A DNA stretch of 64,000 bases. Origin: Mycobacteriales bacterium. GTDB lineage: Bacteria; Actinomycetota; Actinomycetes; Mycobacteriales; SCTD01. The position numbers and the translations under genes are program-made. A model generated the notes under the pieces. The model was given only the letters and a program-made list of their open reading frames with translations. It had not been told where the DNA came from and searched no databases. Within the stretch, counting starts at the first letter, position 1. Each line of letters starts with the position of its first letter. The stretch is from assembly GCA_040902655.1 (NCBI GenBank), contig JBBDWV010000014.1, positions 32,952-96,951 on the forward strand, written 5' to 3'. This document shows, piece after piece, positions 9,553 to 17,790 of the stretch.

Positions 9553-9684
9553 AGCGCTTGCGTCCTGCTGGGCCCCGCCCACAGGGCTCCTCTGAGCAGG
9601 ACGCAAGGAAGGGTGCCCAGCGCTTGCGTCCTGCTGGGCCCCGCCTACAGGGCTCCGCTGAGCAGGACGCAAGGGAAGGGGTCC
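9553..9684. repeat. REP-like palindromic element, two tandem 66-bp copies filling a convergent intergenic spacer
   Basis: Copies at 9553-9618 and 9619-9684 are nearly identical. Each has arms ttgcgtcctgct (9558-9569, 9624-9635) and agcaggacgcaa (9595-9606, 9661-9672) around a ~25-nt loop containing ccacaggg. Confidence 0.85.
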
Positions 9685-9687
9685 TCC

Positions 9688-11415
9688 CTACGCGGACGCC
9701 AGGCCGAGCTCGACGCGGCGCTCGCGGGGCTGCACGTCGTACCAGGCGCTGACGCCGCCGGTGACCTCGTCCGGGGCGCGGCCGAGCACCTGCTCGACGA
9801 CCCGCGCGACCGCCTCCGCACCCGCCACGTCCGCAACCAGGACCGACTCGGCTCCCAGCCGCTCCATCTCGAGCAGCAGCGCCGCCACGACCTGCGGCTC
9901 GACCTCGCCCAGCCGACCCGAGGGCGCCTGCCCGACGACCCGCTCCCAGGCGGTGACGCCGCCGGTGAAGGTGCCGGAGCCGTCCTCCCTGGGCGTGATG
10001 ACATAGCCGCCGACGGAGCGGTAGCGGTAGCCCGCCTGCACCTGCCAGAGCATCGGCGCGCTCTGCGGGAACCGCGGCACGGGATAGGTCAGCGCCAGCG
10101 AGCCCTCCGGGACCCGCTTGACCGCGCCCGTCGTGAAGTAGGCCGGCGGGTCCGCGCGCTGGTAGGAGTACGGCCAGTCCGGCAGCAGCGGCAGCACGCA
10201 CAGCGCCACCACCGGCAGCGTGACCGCGGGCCGCAGCCGGCCGCTCGCGTGCAGCCGGTCCAGCCCGACGGCCAGGACCAGCGCCGCGCACAGCACGACG
10301 TACAGGCTGAAGCGAACGGCCGCCATGTTGTGCAGCACCGGCAGGTGCGCGACCACGGCGTACGGCATCGGCACCGACGTCGGGGTGCCGGCGACGTGCA
10401 ACCGCTCGCCCAGCGACAGCACCCATGCGACGACGCCGAGGACGGCCGCGAAGCGGACCACGGCGACCGACCGGAGGCGCCAGGCCAGCGAGACGAGCAC
10501 GACCAGCAGCGGTAGCCCGAGGTAGCTGCCGTTCTCGCTGTCGTTGCCGCCCCAGGTGAGGGTCGCGTCGGTGCCGAGCAGCTGGTGGACCGTCGGGACC
10601 ACGATGCCGAGCAGGTCGGCGGCGTACGGCGAGGCGTCCTGCACCGGCTCGGTCACCCGCCGCGGGCCGAAGAACTGCACCCACAGCGGCCAGGCCGCCA
10701 GCGCCGTGAGCAGCCCGGCGGCGGTGCCCAGACCCACCGCGGCGTGCCGCAGCCGGCCCCGCGTCAGGTGCCGGCGCTGCTGCACCGCGAGCACGACCGT
10801 GCCGGCGACCGACACGACGAGGGTGGAGGCCAGCACCTCCAGCGTGGTCATCAGCTGCGCGAAGGCGACCAGGGCGAGCAGTCCGCCGGCCACGACGGCG
10901 CGCAGCCGCTGCCGCAGGTAGATCTCGTACGCCAGCAGCAGCACCAGCGGCGGCAGCAGGACCAGGGACAGGTTGAGGTGGCCGGTGCCCTGCGCGACGA
11001 GATAGGGCGAGAAGCCGTAGAGCAGGCCGGCCGCGAACCGCGCCCACGGCCACGGCGCGAACCGCCCGGCGACCCACCACATCGAGGTGGCCGAGCCGGC
11101 GAAGGCGAGCACGGCGAGCAGCGTGTGGGAGGCGAGGACGCCGGCGGTCAGCGTCACCGGCGCGGCCAGCAGCCCGGGCAGCGGCAGCAGCGTGTTCCAC
11201 ATCAGGTTGACCCCCTCAGGGGCCACCAGGTGCCGGCTGAACCACGGCGACATCCCCTGCGAGACGGCGTACGGGGTCCAGCCGAGGTACCAGTCGGTCT
11301 GCGGCGCGTCCTCGCAGGCGCACTGCGTCATGGTGCTCAACGAGCGGAAGGCGGGCAGGTGGCCGAGCACCGCGAGGGCCAGGTAGGTCAGCGGTGCGAG
11401 CAGGCGGGAGGTCAC
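9688..11415 (-). CDS. large polytopic membrane protein, putative GT-C-type glycosyltransferase
   Basis: In-frame part of ORF 9688..11706. GTG at 11415 overlaps the upstream stop (GTGA). Begins VTSRLLAPLTYLALAVLG, then an acidic first loop CEDAPQTDWYLGW, at least 10 TM spans and a soluble C-terminal domain. No catalytic motif confidently recognised. Confidence 0.65.
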   Translation of the reverse strand: MTSRLLAPLTYLALAVLGHLPAFRSLSTMTQCACEDAPQTDWYLGWTPYAVSQGMSPWFSRHLVAPEGVNLMWNTLLPLPGLLAAPVTLTAGVLASHTLLAVLAFAGSATSMWWVAGRFAPWPWARFAAGLLYGFSPYLVAQGTGHLNLSLVLLPPLVLLLAYEIYLRQRLRAVVAGGLLALVAFAQLMTTLEVLASTLVVSVAGTVVLAVQQRRHLTRGRLRHAAVGLGTAAGLLTALAAWPLWVQFFGPRRVTEPVQDASPYAADLLGIVVPTVHQLLGTDATLTWGGNDSENGSYLGLPLLVVLVSLAWRLRSVAVVRFAAVLGVVAWVLSLGERLHVAGTPTSVPMPYAVVAHLPVLHNMAAVRFSLYVVLCAALVLAVGLDRLHASGRLRPAVTLPVVALCVLPLLPDWPYSYQRADPPAYFTTGAVKRVPEGSLALTYPVPRFPQSAPMLWQVQAGYRYRSVGGYVITPREDGSGTFTGGVTAWERVVGQAPSGRLGEVEPQVVAALLLEMERLGAESVLVADVAGAEAVARVVEQVLGRAPDEVTGGVSAWYDVQPRERRVELGLASA

Positions 11416-13568
11416 GTCCCGCGGACGTGCCACACCGAGACGTGCACCGGGATCTCCCGGGCCTCGTCCGGGCGTTCGAGATCGCTCTCCTCCCACATCG
11501 GGAGGGTCGTCTCGAGATCCAGTACCGGCTCGACGGAGGCCGGGTCGATGCCGTCGGGCAGCTCGCCGTTGTCGGCAACGACGAACAGCGGCCGGTCGGG
11601 GAAGCGTTCGGCCGTGCGCTGGAGCACCGTCCGGCGGGCGTTCCCGTCCGCCTTCATCGCCGCGTTGCCCGCGAGCAGGCCGGACAGCTGGCCGTGCTGC
11701 AGCCACACCGGCGTGGCGAACAGCCGGGTGGGCCCGGCGCAGCAGCCCTGGTCGAGCTCCCAGAGGTAGATGCCGTCACGGTCACCCGACAGCGCGGCGA
11801 TCTGCCCGCTGATCTCGAACGAGCCCCGCCACTCGTCGTGGGCTCGCAGCGGCAGCGACTGCGACAGGAAGAAGGTCGTCAGGCCGACGAGGGCCAGCAC
11901 CGCCGGCACCGCTGTGACCAGCTTTCCGCGGAAGCGCCAGACGACGAAGAAGGCGATCGCCAGCGCGATCAGGATCACGATGCCCGGCAGCACCGTCGGG
12001 ACGTAGCGCCGGGTCCACCACAGCAGCCGGGTCGAGTTCTTGGCCGTGTAGCCGTAGACGGCGAACAGCAGAAGCGTCGGCAGCACGACGGTCCAGGCGG
12101 CGGCACTCCATCGGCGCAGCGCGGCGACGGCGAGGCCGGCCAGCATCAGCGCGAAGCCGGGCAGGCTGAAGAACCAGGTGAGCCGCGCCAGGATCTGCTC
12201 GTCGTACGACCGGATCTGCCGGCCGTTGTAGTCGAGGAAGTCCTCCCCGAAGAGCCGCGGCCGCAGGTAGCCCAGCACCATCAGCACCGCGGCGCCGGCC
12301 AGCACGAGCAGGCCGAGGACCAGCTGCACCCGGCGCTGGGTCAGCGAGTCGGCCACCCGGTGCAGGGGCAGCAGTCGGAGCAGCAGCGCGAGACCGAAGC
12401 AGGCGACGGTCACGGCGGCGACCTGCCACAGCGGCGGGATGTCGTTGGCGTTGGAGTAGTTCAGGCCCAGGTCGTACGCCTGCACGAGCGCATGCGGCGC
12501 GACCACCCCCAGACCGGCGGCGAACCAGGTCGCCCGCGTGTCCCACCGGCGGGTCGCGAGCAACGCGGCGCCGAGCCCGACCGAGAGCAGCACGAGCAGC
12601 AGGCCGTCGGCGCGGTTGAGCCAGCCGACGCCGACCAGCAGACCGGCGAAGCCGGCAGCCGGACGCCACCCCGTCTGCAGCGCGACCACGATGCCGAGCA
12701 GGGCGCCGAGGTAGAGCGCCTGGGCGAAGACCTCCGTGGTCGGATAGCGCGACTGCCAGACCTGCAGCATGTTGGTGGCGAGCAGCACCCCGGCCGCCCC
12801 CGCAGCGACCAGACCCCCTGTCGCGCCGAGCAACCGATCACCCACGCGGCGGACGAGCGCGACCAGGGCGAGCACCGACAGCACCCCGGCCAGGGGCACC
12901 GTGGCGAGCAGCCCCGCCTGGCCGGCGACGGCGTACGAGGTCGCCAGCAGGGCCGGCCACAGGTGGTAGAACTGCGGAACGATCGTGCCGGTCGAGGCCT
13001 CCCGCACCCAGATGCCCGGAAACCGCGCTCCCGGCGAGGTGAGCTGGACCGGGAAGGTCGGGTCGTCGGCCGCGGCGGCCAGCAGCGGGTCGACGAAGGA
13101 GTAGTCGCCGTTCTGCGCGATCGCGACGGCGTGCGAGACGTAACCGCCGGGATCCTTGTCGGCCACGCCGTAGGAGAAGCCGGGGAAGGTCAGCCAGGCG
13201 GCGAGGACGGCACAGCCGAGGGCCACCGCGACCCCCGGCAGGTCGCGACGGAGCGCGGGCTGCGTGCGCCGGGCCGGGTCAAGGCGCCGGGCCGGATCAG
13301 GTCGACGGGCCCGGTCGTTGCGGCGGGCGAGCGGGGCAGCCGCCGCTGCGACCACCGCCAGGACGACCAGCGACACCGCAGCGACCGCCGGGACGGAGTG
13401 CGCCCCCACGTGCGCCAGCACCAGCGAGGCCCAGGCCACGACGGCGACGACCAGCAGCGCACCACCCGCCAGCAGGTCCAGCCAGGTGAGCCTCACCCGC
13501 TCGACGGGGACGGCGGGACCTTCGTGCAGCGCGCGCGAGGTGGCAGCACCCTCCACCGTCGAGGTCAT
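11412..13568 (-). CDS. large polytopic membrane protein, putative GT-C-type (ArnT/PMT-like) glycosyltransferase
   Basis: 718 aa. Many TM spans, first-loop motif GVADKDPGGYVSHA, soluble C-terminal ~170 aa. Family call is by architecture only. Confidence 0.65.
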   Translation of the reverse strand: MTSTVEGAATSRALHEGPAVPVERVRLTWLDLLAGGALLVVAVVAWASLVLAHVGAHSVPAVAAVSLVVLAVVAAAAAPLARRNDRARRPDPARRLDPARRTQPALRRDLPGVAVALGCAVLAAWLTFPGFSYGVADKDPGGYVSHAVAIAQNGDYSFVDPLLAAAADDPTFPVQLTSPGARFPGIWVREASTGTIVPQFYHLWPALLATSYAVAGQAGLLATVPLAGVLSVLALVALVRRVGDRLLGATGGLVAAGAAGVLLATNMLQVWQSRYPTTEVFAQALYLGALLGIVVALQTGWRPAAGFAGLLVGVGWLNRADGLLLVLLSVGLGAALLATRRWDTRATWFAAGLGVVAPHALVQAYDLGLNYSNANDIPPLWQVAAVTVACFGLALLLRLLPLHRVADSLTQRRVQLVLGLLVLAGAAVLMVLGYLRPRLFGEDFLDYNGRQIRSYDEQILARLTWFFSLPGFALMLAGLAVAALRRWSAAAWTVVLPTLLLFAVYGYTAKNSTRLLWWTRRYVPTVLPGIVILIALAIAFFVVWRFRGKLVTAVPAVLALVGLTTFFLSQSLPLRAHDEWRGSFEISGQIAALSGDRDGIYLWELDQGCCAGPTRLFATPVWLQHGQLSGLLAGNAAMKADGNARRTVLQRTAERFPDRPLFVVADNGELPDGIDPASVEPVLDLETTLPMWEESDLERPDEAREIPVHVSVWHVRGT

Positions 13569-13604
13569 CCGGCGAGCCTACGTGGGCCGCGCCGGGCCGG
13601 CGGG

Positions 13605-14759
13605 TCACAGGTCGACGACGCGGAGCAGGGCGGTGAGCGGCGTGGTGACGAGCAGGAGCAGGGCGGGCAGCCGGAGCGAGCGGCCGCCGGCGAGCAGCAC
13701 CAGGACGCTGGCGAGGTAGAGCTCGGTGGCGGTCCGGAAGTCGGCGGGTCCGCGCCAGACCGACGAGGACAGCGAGGCCACCAGCAGCAACGTGGCGCAC
13801 CAGGCCGCCTTCACCCCCAGCGGTGCCGCGGAGGACCGCAGTGCCCACGCCGCCATGAGCACGACCGTGGCCAGGCAGACGAACTGGCCGAGGTTCACCA
13901 GGTCGGCCCGGTCGCCGGCTGCGGCGCCGCGGACCCAGCCCGCCGCCGCGGGGAGGAGGTCCTGCCCCGGCAGCACCAGGTTTCGGCCGCGGCTGGCCAG
14001 CAGCGGTACCTCCCCGACCACCCGCCAGCAGACCAGCTGCCAGGACAGGAAGGCCAACAGCGGTGCGGCACCGACCGCCAGCAGGCGGAGCACGGCGCGG
14101 GGCTGCCGGGCGCCGCTGCCCAGGGCCAGCAACACCTCCGCCGCCAGGAAGGCACCCACGAACAGCAGGCCCGACTCGCGGCTCAACGCCGCCGCGCTGA
14201 AGGCCACGGCTGCCCAGGCGAGCCGGCCGCGCTGCCAGAGCAGCACCCCCGACAGCAGGGTGGCCGCCGTCGTGATCTCGGTGAGGTCGCGGCCCAGCGT
14301 CACGACGAAGCCGAAGAAGCCCGCCACCAGCAGTCCCCAGACGGGCGCGCGCCCGGCGTCCCGCGCCAGAAGGGCCGCGGTGAGCGCGACGAGTCCCAGC
14401 CCAAGCAGGTTCACGACGACCAGCGCGGCGGGGACCCAGCCGGGCTGGCCGAAGGCGACCAGGTAGGCCAGCGCCGGGTAGGTGATGCGCTGCAGGCGCA
14501 GCGACGAGTCGAGGGTGACGCCATGGGCCTGCAGCCGCAGGTCGGTCGGGTCGACCGCGAGCCGGTAGAGGAACTGCCCGTCGTAGCCGGGGCCCGGCAG
14601 CACCGGCAGTCCGGCCTCCGGAGCCGTGAGCAGGGAGCCGGCCACGACGAAGCGGGCGATCTCGCCGTCGGCAGCCAACCACCAGCGGGCGGCGACGAAC
14701 ACCCCCCACAGAGCGAGCGCGATCAGCGCGACCGCCCAGGGCGACAGCCCTCGCGCCAT
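13605..14759 (-). CDS. polytopic membrane protein associated with glycopolymer formation (family uncertain)
   Basis: In-frame part of ORF 13605..15434 from the ATG at 14759: MARGLSPWAVALIALALWGVF, motif PGPGYDGQFLYRLAVDP, about 9-10 TM spans. The upstream part of the ORF is antisense to wzm. Confidence 0.7.
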   Translation of the reverse strand: MARGLSPWAVALIALALWGVFVAARWWLAADGEIARFVVAGSLLTAPEAGLPVLPGPGYDGQFLYRLAVDPTDLRLQAHGVTLDSSLRLQRITYPALAYLVAFGQPGWVPAALVVVNLLGLGLVALTAALLARDAGRAPVWGLLVAGFFGFVVTLGRDLTEITTAATLLSGVLLWQRGRLAWAAVAFSAAALSRESGLLFVGAFLAAEVLLALGSGARQPRAVLRLLAVGAAPLLAFLSWQLVCWRVVGEVPLLASRGRNLVLPGQDLLPAAAGWVRGAAAGDRADLVNLGQFVCLATVVLMAAWALRSSAAPLGVKAAWCATLLLVASLSSSVWRGPADFRTATELYLASVLVLLAGGRSLRLPALLLLVTTPLTALLRVVDL

Positions 14760-14864
14760 CCGGGCGGTGCAGGCGCTGGAGACCCGCAGACGCGCGGCGT
14801 CGGACACACTCACCTCCACAGGACGGCAGCCTCCACCGAGGAGGGGGGCACTAGTCTGCTGCGT

Positions 14865-15773
14865 GTGCCCGTGCCCGTCAGCAGCGCCTCGGACGAGGCC
14901 CGCGCCGCCCTCGCCAGGGATCGAGCTGCGGCTCAGGGGCGGCTCCGGTGGGAGCTGCTGAGCCAGCTCATCCGCAAGGACCTCAAGGTGAAGTACCAGG
15001 GGTCCACGCTCGGCTTCGTCTGGAGCCTGGCCAACCCGCTGCTGCTGCTCGGCATCTACTACGTCATCTTCGCGGTCGTCCTGAACAACGGGGTCCCCGA
15101 CTACCACGTGTACGTGATGTGCGGCCTGCTCGCCTTCACCGCGTTCAGTCAGGGAGTCGGCGCAGCCTCCGGCAGCGTCGTCAGCAACTCCGGCCTGGTG
15201 AAGAAGGTGCGCTTCCCGCTGCTGGTGCTGCCGCTGTCCGGCGTCGGCTTCGCTCTCGTGCAGTTCGTGCTGCAGTTCCCTGTGCTGCTGGTCATCGCGC
15301 TCATCAGCGGTGTCAACTTCCTGCACCCCCCGGTGCTGCTGCTCATCCCGGCCGCTGCGCTGCTGGTCGTCTTCGCGACGTCGCTCGGGATCCTCGCCGC
15401 GGCGCTCAACGTGCGCTACCGCGACACCAGCCACTTCGTCGAGATCGCCATGCTGGTGTGGTTCTGGCTCAACCCGATCCTCTACCCGGCCGGCCTGGTC
15501 AAGACGGCGCTGGAGAGATTCGGTGCGGCAGACCTGTTCTGGCTGTACTTCCTGAACCCGATGGCCACCGTCGTGTCGACCTTCCAGCGGGCGATCTACC
15601 AGACGCCGACCTACCTCGACAGGGAAGGCGTGAGCCGGGAGCTGCTCGTCGACGGCGGCTACGCCGTCTACCTGCGCAACCTGGCAATGGGCTTCGTCAT
15701 CTCCGCGCTGCTGCTGCTGCTCGCCCGTCGCACGTTCAAGCGCCTGCAGGCCGACTTCGCGGAAGACCTGTGA
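14865..15773 (+). CDS. wzm: ABC-2 type polysaccharide exporter permease (Wzm/TagG-like)
   Basis: C-terminal part of the artefactual 1459-aa ORF. KDLKVKYQGSTLGFVWSLANPLLLLGIYYVIF plus 6 TM spans. Start uncertain (GTG 14865 or 14871, CTG 14856). GAGGAGGGGGG at 14838-14848. Confidence 0.8.
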   Translation: MPVPVSSASDEARAALARDRAAAQGRLRWELLSQLIRKDLKVKYQGSTLGFVWSLANPLLLLGIYYVIFAVVLNNGVPDYHVYVMCGLLAFTAFSQGVGAASGSVVSNSGLVKKVRFPLLVLPLSGVGFALVQFVLQFPVLLVIALISGVNFLHPPVLLLIPAAALLVVFATSLGILAAALNVRYRDTSHFVEIAMLVWFWLNPILYPAGLVKTALERFGAADLFWLYFLNPMATVVSTFQRAIYQTPTYLDREGVSRELLVDGGYAVYLRNLAMGFVISALLLLLARRTFKRLQADFAEDL

Positions 15774-16975
15774 ACGAAGCCATCATCGTGGCGCGCGACG
15801 TCAGCAAGCGCTTCCTCACCCACTCGAGCAAGGCGACCCAGCTCAAGGAGCGGTTCGTGCGCGGCCGGGGCGGCAGCACCGAGGAGTTCTGGGCGCTTCG
15901 CGAGGTCGACGTGCAGGTCGGCGCCGGGGAGACGGTCGGGCTGATCGGCCCGAACGGCGCAGGCAAGTCGACGCTGCTGAAGATCCTGGCCGGCATCCTG
16001 CGGCCCACCACCGGCGAGGTGCAGGTCCAGGGGCGCATCGCGTCGCTGCTGGAGCTCGGCGCCGGCTTCAACGGCGAGCTCACCGGTCGCGAGAACGTCT
16101 ACCTCAACGCCGCTCTGCTCGGCCTGTCGCGCCGTGAGGTCGAGGGTTTGCTCGACTCGATCATCGACTTCTCCGAGCAGGGGCCGCGCATCGACGACCC
16201 GGTCAAGCACTACAGCTCCGGTGAGTACGTCAAGCTCGCCTTCTCGATCGCCGTCCACGTCGACCCGGACGTGCTGCTCGTCGACGAGGTGCTCGCGGTG
16301 GGCGACGAGGCGTTCGCCCGCAAGTGCCTGGCCAAGATCGAGCAGTTCCAGCAGGCCGGCAAGACGATCCTGTTTGTCACCCACTCGCTGGACCTGGTGA
16401 CGCAGCTCTGCACCCGCGGCATCGTCGTGGACCACGGCCGGGTGCAGTACGACGGCGACCCGGCGTTCGCCGTCGGCACGCTGCGCAAGATCATGGGCAC
16501 CGACCGGCCACCGGGTGAGCCGGCCGCTCCGGTCGAGATCGGCGGAGTGGTGGTCCACTCCGCCACGGCCTCCACGACCGCCGGCGGACCGCCGTGCGGC
16601 CGCTTCCAGGCAGGCAAGCCATTCCACCTGCGCGTGGTCTGCGAGGTGCTGCAGAGCGACGAGGTGTATCCCGGCGAGGTCGGTGTGGTCGTGATGGGCG
16701 CGGGTGACATCCCGGTCTTCTCGCTGCGCACAGCCAAGGGCGAAGGGCTGCCGGCCTCGCCGGGCCGCTACTCCGTCGACTTCCACGTCGCGGCGGTGCC
16801 TGCGTTGAACGGCGCGTTCATCGTCGGTGTGCAGGTCGACCACGCGGTCAGCGGGCTGCCGATCACCGCCCGCCGCTTCGACGAGGCCATCTGGGTGGAG
16901 ACCGGCCGGCTGCCCGGCCTGCTCGACGTCCCGGCCCTGGCCACCGTCACGGCGCTGCACGGGAGCCCCGCATGA
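15770..16975 (+). CDS. wzt: ABC polysaccharide exporter ATPase (Wzt/TagH-like) with ~150-aa C-terminal extension
   Basis: GTG at 15770 overlaps the wzm stop (GTGA). Walker A GPNGAGKSTLLK, signature YSSGEYVKLAFS, Walker B LLVDEVLAVGD. The extra domain runs from about 16520. Confidence 0.9.
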   Translation: MNEAIIVARDVSKRFLTHSSKATQLKERFVRGRGGSTEEFWALREVDVQVGAGETVGLIGPNGAGKSTLLKILAGILRPTTGEVQVQGRIASLLELGAGFNGELTGRENVYLNAALLGLSRREVEGLLDSIIDFSEQGPRIDDPVKHYSSGEYVKLAFSIAVHVDPDVLLVDEVLAVGDEAFARKCLAKIEQFQQAGKTILFVTHSLDLVTQLCTRGIVVDHGRVQYDGDPAFAVGTLRKIMGTDRPPGEPAAPVEIGGVVVHSATASTTAGGPPCGRFQAGKPFHLRVVCEVLQSDEVYPGEVGVVVMGAGDIPVFSLRTAKGEGLPASPGRYSVDFHVAAVPALNGAFIVGVQVDHAVSGLPITARRFDEAIWVETGRLPGLLDVPALATVTALHGSPA

Positions 16976-17790
16976 GCCGGCTGGAGAGCGACTACTACAC
17001 CTACATGGGCTACGACCCGGAGCACAGCAAGGCGGGGCTGCGCCACTACCTCCAGTGGTTCTCCGCCGGGCCGGTCCTCGAGCTGGCCTGCGGCCGGGGC
17101 GAGTTCCTGGAGCTGTTGCGGGAGGCCGGGGTCGCCGGGGAGGGCATCGACCTCGACGACGGGATGGTCGAGCTCGCCCGCGAGGCCGGCCACACGGTGC
17201 AGCTCGCCGACGCCCTCACGGGCCTGCGCAGCCGCCCTGCCGACTCCGTGCAGGGTGTGTTCTCGGCCCACTTCGCCGAGCACCTCGAGCCCGACGACCT
17301 CGAGGCGGTGGTGGCCGAGTCGGCGCGCGTGCTGGCGCCCGGTGGTCATTTCGTCGCCGCGACACCCAACGCCGCCTGCCTGTCGGTGATCGGGCACGAC
17401 TTCTGGCGCGATCCCACCCACATCCGCTTCTACGAGCCGCGACTGCTCGCCTTCTACTGTGCCAAGGCCGGGCTCGACGTCGTGGAGACCGGCGGGAACC
17501 CGCAGAACCACGCCGGACCGCCACCGCACGCGCTGGCCCCGCCGACCCGGGTCGATGCCGACCTGCGCCCCGACATCGCGACCGCGATCCAGCGCATCAC
17601 CGACCCGAAGAGCAAGGGCAAGGCCGACCCCGACTCGCCCTGGCACCTGTTCGGGCACTTCCTGTCGGTGCTCGAGGAGCGGCTGCGTTCCACCCAGGAG
17701 GAGCTGGCCGGCGTCCGCCGTTCGTACGCCCACCTGCTGGACGCGCTCTACCCGTCCAACGAGGTCTACGTGGTGGCCCGTGCCGTCTGA
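16972..17790 (+). CDS. class I SAM-dependent methyltransferase with helical C-terminal tail
   Basis: 272 aa. VLELACGRGEFLELL, GGHFVAATPN. Tail LSVLEERLRSTQEELAGVRRSYAHLLDAL. ATGA overlap with wzt. Confidence 0.85.
   Translation: MSRLESDYYTYMGYDPEHSKAGLRHYLQWFSAGPVLELACGRGEFLELLREAGVAGEGIDLDDGMVELAREAGHTVQLADALTGLRSRPADSVQGVFSAHFAEHLEPDDLEAVVAESARVLAPGGHFVAATPNAACLSVIGHDFWRDPTHIRFYEPRLLAFYCAKAGLDVVETGGNPQNHAGPPPHALAPPTRVDADLRPDIATAIQRITDPKSKGKADPDSPWHLFGHFLSVLEERLRSTQEELAGVRRSYAHLLDALYPSNEVYVVARAV

Noticed and set aside
9553-9684. Possible CRISPR array (regularly spaced repeats)
   Set aside because: There are only two adjacent copies with no unique spacers, each copy is itself a palindrome, and no cas genes are in the window. 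It fits a REP-like element, not CRISPR.
13266-13301. 18-bp imperfect tandem duplication inside the 718-aa membrane-protein gene (encodes PDPARR / LDPARR)
   Set aside because: Only two copies at about 15/18 identity, in-frame, within a low-complexity cytoplasmic loop. It looks like ordinary slippage with no evident consequence.
11394-15773. 1459-aa plus-strand ORF, and similar giants (2383..5253, 4458..7148, 7109..8743, 23285..26248, 28148..30484, 33143..36025, 54487..57111, 62066..63943)
   Set aside because: Their translations are Arg/Gly/Pro/Ala-rich low-complexity strings typical of off-frame or antisense reading in very GC-rich DNA. In each case a different frame or strand, or only the terminal in-frame part, carries clear family motifs. 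Only those parts were annotated.
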